From NCBI GenBank assembly GCA_045534225.1, contig JAZSJJ010000008.1:843-64842 (forward strand): a stretch of 64,000 nt of DNA, given 5' to 3'. This DNA is from Clostridia bacterium. GTDB lineage: Bacteria; Bacillota; Clostridia; TANB77; CAG-465. Below are positions 1-10,100 of this stretch, piece by piece. Position numbers and translations under genes: made by a program. The first letter of the stretch is position 1; every line of letters begins with the position of its first letter. A model generated the notes under the pieces. That model searched no databases. It was not told where the DNA came from and worked only from the letters and a program-made list of their open reading frames with translations.

Positions 1-7
1 GAGACCA

Positions 8-2701
8 ATGAAAGAAGCATACAAATATTCAGTCGAAGAAGTTTTTAATAAATTGGGTACAAGCTCGGATGGTTTAAGTTTCGAGCAAGCTGAAAAACGA
101 CTTGCGGCAAATGGACTAAATAAATTACAAGAAGCTAAAAAGAAAACATTACTTGCTAGATTTATAGAGCAAATGAAAAATATCATGATAATTGTTCTTT
201 TAATTGCGGCAGTAATATCTTTAGTAGTAGCTAAAATAGAAAATGAAAGTTATACAGACTCAATAATAATTTTTGCGGTTGTAGTTATGAATGCAGTACT
301 AGGGGTAGTGCAAGAAGCAAAAGCAGATAAGGCAATAGATTCATTAAAGAAAATGTCGCTTCCATATATAAAAGTAAGAAGACACGGCAAAATCATGAAC
401 ATTAAAACAGAAGAACTTGTAGTTGGAGATGTTGTTTTAATTGAAGCCGGAGATTTTGTTCCAGCAGATATGAGAATTGTTGTTTGCAATGGTATAAGAG
501 CAGAAGAAGCATCCTTAACAGGTGAATCGTTACCAGTTAGTAAATTTACAGATAAGATAGATGAAGATACTGCTTTAGCAGATAGAAGAAATATGCTTTA
601 TTCTGGAAGTAGCGTAGTATATGGTCGTGGAGAAGGTGTAGTAACGGCTACTGGAATGAAAACAGAGCTTGGTAAGATTGCAACAATACTTGCTGAGACT
701 AAAGAAGAACTTACGCCACTTCAAAAGAAAATGAATGAAATAAGCAAGGTACTAAGTGTAATAGTTGTTGTAATAGGCCTTGCAATGGTAATACTTGGCC
801 TAATTCAGGGCAACAAACCACTAGAAATATTTATGCTTGCAGTATCATTAGCAGTTGCTGCCATTCCAGAAGGACTTCCTGCATCGATTACAATAATACT
901 TTCAATTGGTGTTCAAAAGATGGCCAAAGAACATAGTATTATACGTAAGCTTTCATCAGTAGAAACTTTAGGAGCAACGCAAGTAATATGTTCAGATAAA
1001 ACAGGAACTTTAACTCAGAATAAAATGACTGTTACTGAATTAAATTATGGTGGCGAAAAAATAAAGGTAGATCATTTAGTAGTAAATGATGACGAAAACT
1101 TGAAGAGATTTTTAGATAATATAACATTATCTAATGATGTAAAGACTAATGGTTCTACAGGTGAGTACTTAGGAGATCCTACTGAAATAGCATTGGTAGA
1201 AATGACAAATAAATTTGGTAGAAACAAAGATATATACGATACAAGATATGAAAGAGTAGAAGAAGTACCATTTGATTCTGAAAGAAAAATGATGACTACT
1301 GTAAACAAAATAGATGGTGAACTTATAGTACATACAAAAGGAGCGTTAGAATCATTAATACATAGATGCTCTAAGGCTATGATAAATGGAAAACTAGTAG
1401 ATATGACGGATAAGTTAAAAGAACAAATACTAGATACTAATTCAGAAATGGCAAGTAGAGCATTAAGAGTTCTAAGCTTTGCATATAAGAAAATAGATAA
1501 ATTACCAAAAGAAATATCTAGTGATACACTAGAAAAAGATTTAATTTACCAAGGTATGGTTGGTATGATGGATCCACCAAGGCCAGAAGTAAAACAAGCT
1601 GTTAAAGACTGTTTCGCAGCAGGCATGATTCCAATTATGATAACAGGAGACAGTGTAATAACAGCTAGAGCAATAGCAGAAGAAATAGGAATATTAGTTC
1701 CGGGCTCGGAAGCAATAACTGGCCAAGAGTTAGATGCTATGAGCGATGAACAATTTGAAAAGAAAATTAAAAACATACGTGTTTATGCAAGAGTAAGCCC
1801 AGAAAATAAGGTTAGAATAGTTAAGACTTGGAAGAAACTCGGCAAGACTGTTGCTATGACAGGAGATGGCGTAAACGATGCGCCAGCACTTAAAAATGCA
1901 GACATAGGTGTTGGAATGGGAATAACAGGTACAGAAGTATCTAAGAGTGTTGCGAGTATGGTCCTTACAGACGATAACTTTGCATCAATAGTTGTAGCAG
2001 TAAAAGAAGGCAGAAGAGTATATAGAAATATACAAAATGTAATAGCATATCTTTTAGCCTCTAATATAGCAGAAGTAATAATAGTATTTATAGCTAAAAT
2101 ATTCAATATGACAGTATTTAATCCACTTCATTTGTTATGGATAAACTTAATAACAGATGCAATACCTGCAATGGCGTTAGGTTTTGAACCAGCAGATGAA
2201 AAATCTATGAAAGAAAAACCAAGAAAAGCGCATGCTAAATTCATGTCACCATTCTTAATATCTAGAATAGCAGTACCAGCTTTTCTAAAGAGTATGATAA
2301 TACTAATATTATTCTTTACTATGAACAATGCATATGGTAGTGCAGTGGCAACAACAATGGCGTTTATAACATTATCTTTTGCAGAACTATTATTTGTATT
2401 TGTTGCACGTTCAGACAGTAAGCCTATATTTAAGATTGGATTATTCTCAAATAAACAATTAGTAATAGGTGTACTTTGTATAATATTAATACAATTACTA
2501 GTAATATTTAATCCAACACTTTCAGGATTATTAGAATTAGAAAGTTTAACGCCACAGCTTTATGCAATAGCTATAATAAATGCAATTGTATTTATGGTAT
2601 TTGCGGAAATATTAAAAGTACTAGTTGCAAAAGCTTTTGAGGTAAGAAGAAGAATCTTAAAAGAGAGAAGAAGAGCTAAAGCAACGCAAAATAACAAGTA
2701 A
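8..2701 (+). CDS. Ca2+-transporting P-type ATPase (P2A, SERCA/YloB-like)
   Basis: 897 aa. Phosphorylation motif DKTGTLT, TGES actuator motif, hinge motif TGDGVNDAPALK, N-terminal cation-ATPase N domain, ten predicted TM segments. Confidence 0.9.
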   Translation: MKEAYKYSVEEVFNKLGTSSDGLSFEQAEKRLAANGLNKLQEAKKKTLLARFIEQMKNIMIIVLLIAAVISLVVAKIENESYTDSIIIFAVVVMNAVLGVVQEAKADKAIDSLKKMSLPYIKVRRHGKIMNIKTEELVVGDVVLIEAGDFVPADMRIVVCNGIRAEEASLTGESLPVSKFTDKIDEDTALADRRNMLYSGSSVVYGRGEGVVTATGMKTELGKIATILAETKEELTPLQKKMNEISKVLSVIVVVIGLAMVILGLIQGNKPLEIFMLAVSLAVAAIPEGLPASITIILSIGVQKMAKEHSIIRKLSSVETLGATQVICSDKTGTLTQNKMTVTELNYGGEKIKVDHLVVNDDENLKRFLDNITLSNDVKTNGSTGEYLGDPTEIALVEMTNKFGRNKDIYDTRYERVEEVPFDSERKMMTTVNKIDGELIVHTKGALESLIHRCSKAMINGKLVDMTDKLKEQILDTNSEMASRALRVLSFAYKKIDKLPKEISSDTLEKDLIYQGMVGMMDPPRPEVKQAVKDCFAAGMIPIMITGDSVITARAIAEEIGILVPGSEAITGQELDAMSDEQFEKKIKNIRVYARVSPENKVRIVKTWKKLGKTVAMTGDGVNDAPALKNADIGVGMGITGTEVSKSVASMVLTDDNFASIVVAVKEGRRVYRNIQNVIAYLLASNIAEVIIVFIAKIFNMTVFNPLHLLWINLITDAIPAMALGFEPADEKSMKEKPRKAHAKFMSPFLISRIAVPAFLKSMIILILFFTMNNAYGSAVATTMAFITLSFAELLFVFVARSDSKPIFKIGLFSNKQLVIGVLCIILIQLLVIFNPTLSGLLELESLTPQLYAIAIINAIVFMVFAEILKVLVAKAFEVRRRILKERRRAKATQNNK

Positions 2702-2722
2702 TTAAAAGAAGAAAACAACAAT

Positions 2723-2755
2723 AAACAGAGGAGTATATTGCCCCTCTGTTTATCG
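2723..2755. terminator. Bidirectional hairpin terminator between convergent genes
   Basis: Inverted repeat AAACAGAGG...CCTCTGTTT followed by a T-run. Confidence 0.6.
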
Positions 2756-3235
2756 TTATTGCATTATTCTATTAAGTAATTTTTTGAAATCGTCATAGTA
2801 TATTTTATCTGATTTATAAATATGGAGTTTGCCATCAAGTTTTTTACGTATTCTAAAATCTCCCGGAGAAATTCCTACTGCAAGGAAATCTCCATTTTTA
2901 GTGTGAAAATTAATGCTATATACCCAAGTTGTAATAAGAGTATTATTATAAGCCTCATAACCGGATATTTCTTTTACAAAATCACATATTTTTTGTATAT
3001 CCTCAGGCTCTGTTAATGTTGTAATATAATCATAGCCATGTTTAATTTCAATTTTGGTTATTTCTTTTTTGAATATTCTATTTTTACCAACAATAGTTAG
3101 AATTGAAGAACAATTTTCTATTGGATGGTTTGAGCGAATCTTAAGTGCATAAGCATATAATATTAAATAACAGATGATAGCTAGTATAAATATTATATAC
3201 AATATTTTGCTATCTTTATGAGTTTTTTTATCCAT
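2756..3235 (-). CDS. Hypothetical membrane-anchored protein
   Basis: 159 aa, single N-terminal TM helix after a basic stretch. No recognisable catalytic motif. Confidence 0.45.
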   Translation of the reverse strand: MDKKTHKDSKILYIIFILAIICYLILYAYALKIRSNHPIENCSSILTIVGKNRIFKKEITKIEIKHGYDYITTLTEPEDIQKICDFVKEISGYEAYNNTLITTWVYSINFHTKNGDFLAVGISPGDFRIRKKLDGKLHIYKSDKIYYDDFKKLLNRIMQ

Positions 3236-3351
3236 CTAACATTACCTATTAATAATTATATTATATATATTTAGAATGTAATTGTCAAACTAAGTAGAAT
3301 ATACTTAACTCTTTATTCATATGTATATATTAAAAAGGGGATGTAAATAAT

Positions 3352-3909
3352 ATGAATGGTGACATGAATGCTAACAGTAATTTTAATGATAATATTACTA
3401 ATAATAGGTCTGGTTCTAGTAACGGAGGATTTAACGTAAGCAATTTATTTGATCTTTCAAAACTAGGAAATATGTTTAGCGGGGGAACAAGAGGAAATAA
3501 CCCATTAAATAGCATACGTAGAATGTTTGGCGGAAACAATATGAATAGAAGATACACCGCAAATAGAAATATGTTAAAAGTTCTTCCGATAGAAGAAGCA
3601 TATCGAAGGATAAAAAGTGGCAATGTTCTACTTATAGATGTTAGAACAGAAATGGAGTATGCGACACTTAAAATAAAAGGAAGTGTAAACATTCCGCTAG
3701 ATAAGTTGCAAACTGAAATAGTTAATATGGTTTCAAATAAAAATGAAAATATAATGTTATATTGTGCAACTGGTTCTAGAGTAAGAAGAGCCGCACAAAT
3801 ACTTTGGTCGTTAGGATATAATAACATATGTATATGGGAGGGAGCTGGAATAAATACATTTGCTTTTCATGATTTAATAGTATATAATAATAGACAGCAA
3901 GATGAATAA
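3352..3909 (+). CDS. Single-domain rhodanese sulfurtransferase with N/G-rich N-terminal extension
   Basis: C-terminal ~100 aa rhodanese fold with active-site Cys in CATGSR. About 75 aa of Asn/Gly-rich low-complexity sequence upstream. RBS AAGGGGA before the ATG at 3352. Confidence 0.7.
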   Translation: MNGDMNANSNFNDNITNNRSGSSNGGFNVSNLFDLSKLGNMFSGGTRGNNPLNSIRRMFGGNNMNRRYTANRNMLKVLPIEEAYRRIKSGNVLLIDVRTEMEYATLKIKGSVNIPLDKLQTEIVNMVSNKNENIMLYCATGSRVRRAAQILWSLGYNNICIWEGAGINTFAFHDLIVYNNRQQDE

Positions 3910-3927
3910 CTTGCTAGGAGGAAACTT

Positions 3928-4242
3928 ATGAAAGAATTAAATGATAATAACTTCAGAGAAGAAATAAAGAAAGAAAAATTAGTGCTTGTAGATTTCTATG
4001 CAACTTGGTGTGGTCCGTGTGGTATGCAAGCAGAAGTATTAAAGAAAATGTCTGAATCTAGAACACTAGATTTTAGCATAGTAAAGGTTAATGTAGATGA
4101 AGCGCCAGGCCTTGCGCTTGAACATAGCATATCTTCAATTCCTACATTAGTAGTATATAAAGAAGGAAAGATGGTTAAAAAGGTAGTTGGACTATCTGAT
4201 GAAGAAGAAATATTAAATATAATGGGTGAATTTTTGGACTAA
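3928..4242 (+). CDS. trxA: Thioredoxin
   Basis: 104 aa, WCGPC active site, typical thioredoxin length. RBS GGAGG. Confidence 0.9.
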   Translation: MKELNDNNFREEIKKEKLVLVDFYATWCGPCGMQAEVLKKMSESRTLDFSIVKVNVDEAPGLALEHSISSIPTLVVYKEGKMVKKVVGLSDEEEILNIMGEFLD

Positions 4243-4276
4243 TTCCTATGAATTAGCCTAAAAACCGAGTTTTGTA

Positions 4277-4325
4277 ACATTTGTGTAACAGAAAAGTATG
4301 TATTTTGTAACACAAATGTTATTTG
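4277..4325. promoter_or_regulatory. Repeat cluster: TTTTGTAACA direct repeats plus AACATTTGTGT/ACACAAATGTT inverted repeat
   Basis: TTTTGTAACA occurs at 4277 and 4303. A 12-nt perfect inverted repeat is embedded. A third TGTAACA copy is at 4291. Located between trxA and the repeat-protein gene. Confidence 0.4.
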
Positions 4326-4420
4326 TTTGTAGTTGATTTTGAAATAGCTTATATCTATAATTGAAGTATAAGTAATTATTATAAATTATTTCTACAAATT
4401 TCTACAAAAGAGGTGTTAAA

Positions 4421-5530
4421 ATGAAAGGATTTTTTGAAAGACAATGGGAATTATTCCTAGCTGACATGCAAGAAGTAGGTGAATTCTTCCTAGACGCATT
4501 TGGTGCTAACGAACAATTAATGTTAGGTGCTCCAAAAGCAGATAAAGTTGAAGGAGAAGAAGGATTCTTCGCAAGAGAATTCAGACTATTCAAAGAAGAT
4601 ATGCAAGCTCTAGGTGAAATGTTCATGGCTCCATTTGAAGCAGATGAACCATTAATGCTAGACGCAGCAGTACCTGAAATGCCAAAAGCAGAAGCAGCTT
4701 CAGAAGACGGATTCTTCAAAAGAGAATGGGAACTATTCAAAACAGATTTAGATAATGCCAACTCAGCTTTAGAAAGCTTATTTGGTGTTGAAAAAAAAAA
4801 TGATGAAATAGTTGAATGTGCTGAAGCGCCAGTTGAATTCAGAGATGAAGTAGATGTAAAACTTGAAACTTTTTTGGGAGAACCAATAAATGAGTTAAAA
4901 GAAAGTGCTTGTGGAGATAGAACTCAACACGAAGTTCTAAGAGATTATGCAGAATTCTTTAAACCATATGCTGAAAACCCAGATATGTGTCAAATGGCAT
5001 TCAAAAAATACTATGACAGACATGCATTAAAAATGGCAGTTTCTGAACTACCAATTGAGCAAGTTAGAATAGTACAAAACAATGTAGACATATTTATCAA
5101 AGGTCAAGAATCATTTGGTGAACCATTTGTTGACTCAAGAGTTGATACAGTTTTCGAAAAAGCTGGAATCGATGAAGTAAACAAAGTTATCGGAATTATA
5201 GGAGACTGTGATTCAGAAGGTAAAACTTTAAAAGGTGAAAGACTTTTTGCAGAAGCAGTAAATTACATGGTAGATCATGGTATAAGAGTTGCTAAAGATG
5301 GTGATTTAATAGAACCAGTTAGAAAAGCAATAGAAGCTCAACACGATGAAATACATAGCACAATGTGTTCATTTGAAGATGTTGGACCAGAATATCAAGA
5401 ACTATTAGCTAAAGAAAAAACTTATTTAGCTGCATTAAATAGAATTGAGCAATACGAAACAGAAAAAAGAATTGCTGCATTCGAAGCTAAAATGAGTGAT
5501 GAAGTTAGCGGTTTAGATGTAATACTTTAA
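4421..5530 (+). CDS. Hypothetical protein with three N-terminal ~46-aa tandem repeats
   Basis: Three repeats of the form GFFxREWELFxxDMQxxGExFxxxFxAxExLMLxA. No TM or signal peptide. Codon usage suggests high expression. Strong RBS AAGAGGTG and a strong terminator. Confidence 0.7.
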   Translation: MKGFFERQWELFLADMQEVGEFFLDAFGANEQLMLGAPKADKVEGEEGFFAREFRLFKEDMQALGEMFMAPFEADEPLMLDAAVPEMPKAEAASEDGFFKREWELFKTDLDNANSALESLFGVEKKNDEIVECAEAPVEFRDEVDVKLETFLGEPINELKESACGDRTQHEVLRDYAEFFKPYAENPDMCQMAFKKYYDRHALKMAVSELPIEQVRIVQNNVDIFIKGQESFGEPFVDSRVDTVFEKAGIDEVNKVIGIIGDCDSEGKTLKGERLFAEAVNYMVDHGIRVAKDGDLIEPVRKAIEAQHDEIHSTMCSFEDVGPEYQELLAKEKTYLAALNRIEQYETEKRIAAFEAKMSDEVSGLDVIL

Positions 5531-5540
5531 AATGTTAAAA

Positions 5541-5577
5541 AGAAGTAAATGTATATAATCATTTACTTCTTTTTTTA
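5541..5577 (+). terminator. Rho-independent terminator
   Basis: 11-bp perfect stem AGAAGTAAATG/CATTTACTTCT followed by T7. Confidence 0.75.
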
Positions 5578-5681
5578 TGCATTTTAACAGGTATAAATTC
5601 CCTAAAACCCTTTACAAATACCACCTTTTGGTATATTATATGGGTGTATTTAAATAAATAGAAATAAATAGGGGTAAAGAT

Positions 5682-7160
5682 ATGAAAATAGTATTAAAAG
5701 TTCAAAAAGATGGTGTAAATACACTTAAAGAAGAAATGTTAAAACATAGCAACAGTAAACTAGAAAAAATGTATGCTGTAATGGGTAATGTTAAAGAATC
5801 TGGTTATGATGTAATAGAGGAAGCTTTAATAGATCTTAAAGCTAAAACTCATGTTGTAATGGGCATAGATAAGAAAAACACTACTAAAAAGATATTAGAT
5901 AACATAGTAACATATTCTAGAAATGTTCATGTATGGGATAACAATGAAGATAATGAACTTAATGCAAATGTATTTGTGTTTGAGTACGAAGATGAAGCAT
6001 TTGTTGTTACTTTTGCAGGAGACATAACAGATAGCGTTCTTGAAACAGATACTACTATGTATACATATATAACATATGATTTAATTAAAGATAAAAAAGA
6101 ATATGCAGAATTTATAGATACTTTAACTAAAGATATTAAAGATAATGTAGAAAAATTAACTAAAGCTAAAATTGCAGAACTTAGTGAGAATAAAAAGATA
6201 TTTAGTTCAAGACAATATCTACATAATGTTCCAAGTATAGCAGAACTTTTAGGTTCTAAAGAAACTAAAAAAGAAACAGTAGAAGAAAGTGCAGATGAAG
6301 TTAAGAAGGACTTTGTAGAAGATGAAGAACTTCCTAAAGTTGAACTAAATAAATTTAAAGATGTTGCTTTTGAAATAGACTTGAGCGATATGGACCTTGG
6401 AATAGAAGATATTTCTGTGGGTTTAGTAGGAGAAACTAAGAATAAAGAGGCTAAAGTAGAAAAGAAAGAAGAACATGTATTAGACTTAACTGAAGCTTTA
6501 GAACAAGAAGCAAATCTTGGCGCTGAAGTAGAAGAAGTAGCACATATAGAAGAAAAGGAAGAATACGTAGTATCTGATGAAATAATAGATTTAGAAGAAC
6601 TTCTTTTTGAAAAAGAAACAGTTAAATTAGACAAGAAAAAAGTAGAAAAGAAAATAAAGAAAGAAGCTAAGGAAAAAGAAGAGAACAAACCAGCTTCTAA
6701 AAAGATAGATTTAACTAAAGTTTCTAATATAATAATGGAACTTCCAAAGAAACCTACTAAAGGTAGAGATGCGGATGCAGTTAAAGTTCCTACATACATT
6801 CGTGAGATGATACCAGATTTCTTTGAAATTATGGAAAATTCAACATTAGTAGAAAGAGAAGATGGTAAATACAAAGAGGTTAAAATAAAACTAGAAGTAA
6901 TAGATGTTAATTCTGGTGAGAAGTATATGGATAATGAAGCAATGTTATCACATAAACTAGGACAAACATATGTAACTTTTGAATCTCGTAAATTAATAAA
7001 TGTAAATTATGAAGAATTAGATATAGCAAGGGTAATTAAGTTATCTAAAGATTCATATCACATAGAAATAATTCCGACTCATATGGAAGAATATAACCTA
7101 TGGAAAAAGATGTGTACAAACACATTTAGAGGAAGCAGTAGACAATACGGATTAATGTAA
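5682..7160 (+). CDS. Hypothetical acidic protein with Lys/Glu-rich coiled-coil linker
   Basis: 492 aa. Globular ~130-aa N-terminal domain, a ~200-aa KE-rich charged linker, and a ~150-aa C-terminal domain. No assignable family. Confidence 0.55.
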   Translation: MKIVLKVQKDGVNTLKEEMLKHSNSKLEKMYAVMGNVKESGYDVIEEALIDLKAKTHVVMGIDKKNTTKKILDNIVTYSRNVHVWDNNEDNELNANVFVFEYEDEAFVVTFAGDITDSVLETDTTMYTYITYDLIKDKKEYAEFIDTLTKDIKDNVEKLTKAKIAELSENKKIFSSRQYLHNVPSIAELLGSKETKKETVEESADEVKKDFVEDEELPKVELNKFKDVAFEIDLSDMDLGIEDISVGLVGETKNKEAKVEKKEEHVLDLTEALEQEANLGAEVEEVAHIEEKEEYVVSDEIIDLEELLFEKETVKLDKKKVEKKIKKEAKEKEENKPASKKIDLTKVSNIIMELPKKPTKGRDADAVKVPTYIREMIPDFFEIMENSTLVEREDGKYKEVKIKLEVIDVNSGEKYMDNEAMLSHKLGQTYVTFESRKLINVNYEELDIARVIKLSKDSYHIEIIPTHMEEYNLWKKMCTNTFRGSSRQYGLM

Positions 7161-7175
7161 TAAGAGGGGTAATAA

Positions 7176-10100
7176 ATGCAGTTAAAAAGAATTGAAGTAC
7201 AAGGCTTCAAATCGTTTGCAGATAAAACAATTATCGAATTCGATGGTGGTATTACAACAATTGTTGGACCAAACGGAAGCGGTAAGAGTAACATATCTGA
7301 TGCGGTTAGATGGGTACTTGGAGAACAAAGTGCAAAGAGCCTTAGAGGTTCTAAAATGGAAGATGTAATTTTCGCAGGGACTAAGCATAGAAAAATGCTT
7401 GGTCTTGCTGAGGTTTCACTGGTATTAGATAACAGTGACCACAGCCTTCCTTTAGAATTTGATGAGGTTGTTGTAACAAGAAAAGTATATAGAAGTGGTG
7501 AAAGTGAATATTTAATAAACAAATCTAATGTAAGACTTAAAGATATTCAAGAGTTATTCATGGATACAGGTGTAGGTCGTGATGGATATAGTATCATTGG
7601 ACAAGGTAAAATAGACTCAATAATATCTTCTAAATCTGAAGATAGAAGAAGTATATTTGAAGAAGCATCTGGAATTGTTAAATACAGAACAAGAAAAGAT
7701 GAAGCTTTAAGAAAATTAGAGCACACAAATACAAACTTAGATAGAGTTAGAGATATATTAACAGAGATAGAAAACAACTTAGGACCATTAGAAAAGAAAG
7801 CAGAAACAGCTAAGAAATATTTAGAACTTAAAGAAGAATTAAAAGGAATAGATGTTAAGTTATTCTTAAACTTAATAGATAGCTCTAAAGAAGATATGGA
7901 CGTTCTTGTAGAAAAACTAGAAGCATTACAAGCAAGTATAGATGAAAAAGAACAAGAAGTATCTACAGCTCAAAGAACAAGTGATGAAACAAGAGTATGT
8001 CTAGAAGAACTTCTTCAAGCAATTGAAACAACTCAAGAAGCATATTACTCATCACTTAATGAAATAGATAGATTAGTATCTAAAGTAGAAGCATATGACG
8101 ATAGAGTTGCTTTAAATAAAGAAAATATAGACAAGCTTAAAGAAGAAATTGCTGGTAGTGATACAAGTATAGCAATTCTAGAACAAGAGATAATAACTCG
8201 TTCTTCTAAGAAAGATAATCTAGAAAAAAATAAAGAAAGATTTGAAACTGAACTTAAAGAAAAACAAGAAGAATTAAAAGAAATAACTGCTAATATGTCA
8301 GACAAAGAGCTTGAAATAGAAGAATTAAAAAGAACAGTTGAAAGTCTTAAAGAAAACATTTCAGAACTTAAACTAGCTATTGCAACAGCAGAAATGAAGC
8401 TAGAAACTAACACAAAGAGAATCGAATCTATAGATAAAGAACAAAGAGGAGATATATCTAGTTCAGATAGCTTAAGACTTCGTGAAGAAGAAGTTCGTGA
8501 TGAATTTGAAAAAATAGCTAAAACTAGAAATACATTAAAAGATGAAGTAGAATCTTTAAGAGTAGAAAAGACAAGACTTGAAGAATTCTTTAGTACTTTC
8601 TCAGAAAAAGAAAATCAGTACAAACAAGGAATTATAGAGACTCGTTCTAAACTAAACTATATGGTAAATCTAGAAGCTGAAAGCGAAGGATATACACGTA
8701 GTGTTAAGAGTATAATAGACCTTTCTAGACGTAATGACAAGTACAAATCTCATGTATTTGGAACACTTGCAAGCCTAGTTACAACTCAAGAAAAATATGA
8801 GAAAGCAATAGAAATTGCAATGGGTGGTTATGTACAAAATATAGTTGTAGATAAAGATAGTATGGCTAAAGACTTAGTAAACTTCTTAAAAGAAGGAGCA
8901 CTAGGAAGAGCTACTTTCTTACCACTTGAAAGTATTAGACTATACAAAGAAGATATACCAGCAGCAGTTAAAAAAGAAACTGGATATATTGGAAATGCAA
9001 TAGAACTTGTTAAATTTGATTCTAAATTTGAACCAGTAGTTCGTTTAGCATTAGGTAGAACAATAGTTGTAGATACAATAGAAAACGGAATAAAACTATC
9101 TAAAGTATCTAAAAACAGTGCTAAGATAGTAACACTAGATGGTGAAATTATTGCAACAACAGGAAGTATTACAGGTGGACAAGCACAAGGTAAACAAATG
9201 ACACTTGTTGGTCGTAACAGAAAGATAAATGAATACAAGGATAGACTAGAAAGACTAGAAAAAGAATACAATGATCATATGAAAGCTATAGAAAAAGATA
9301 AGGGCAAATATGAAACAGTTGTAGAAAGGCTAAATTCATTATCTGAAGAATATACTACTGTTAATACAAACTATAGCGTTATAGAAGAAAGATTAAATGC
9401 TGTATTACGTGATGCAGTTAAGATTAAAGAAACAAGAAAGAATAAAGAACAAGAAAAACTTGAACTTGAATCAGAAAATAAAGATTTAAACTGGGATATT
9501 GAAGAAACAAATAAGAAGATAGATAGTATAAATGAAGAAATTTCTAAACACTTAGAAGTAATTTCAGAACATGCTAGATTTAACAAAGAAAAAGAGGAAA
9601 GAGTAAACTTCTTAAATGAAGATATTATGAACCTTAAAGTTTCTTTATCTTCTTTTGATGAATCTGAAGCTGCTATTGATGAAATGGTAGATAAGATAAG
9701 ACAAGATATAAATTCCTTTATGGCTAGTATCGAAAGAAAGAAAGACTTAATTAAAGAGTATGAAAATACTTTAAATGAAAGTGAATCTAAAAACGAAGAA
9801 GATAAGAAAGCCATAGAAGAATTAAAAGTTAAATCTGAAGAATTAAAACTAGAAGTAGAAAAACTTAAAGAAGATAAAGCTGCAAATATAGCTAAACAAA
9901 GTGAGTTAGAAAAGCAAACTTTTGATTCTATGAAGACTCTAGAAAAACTAAGAGACGAAAAGAACAAAGTAGATGCTAAGAAAAACAAATACGATAGTGA
10001 TACAGAACTTCTTAAGATTAAAATGTGGGAAGAATATGAGCTTACAATATCTTCTGCAAGAGAATATAACAAAGCGTTAGATGCTCTAAATGAACTATCT

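Noticed and set aside
3330-3827. Minus-strand 165-aa ORF overlapping the rhodanese gene
   Set aside because: The plus-strand frame contains a clear rhodanese active site. The antisense frame is hydrophobic low-complexity sequence with no start context.
4277-4325. CcpA cre site or LexA/Cheo box interpretation of the TGTAACA repeats
   Set aside because: The sequence does not fit the cre consensus TGWAANCGNTNWCA or the Cheo box GAAC-N4-GTTC.
5682-6100. Possible PLD/HKD nuclease motif (HVVMGIDKK) in the N-terminal domain of the 492-aa protein
   Set aside because: The Lys at the H-x-K position and the GSxN follow-up are missing, so this is not a credible HKD motif.
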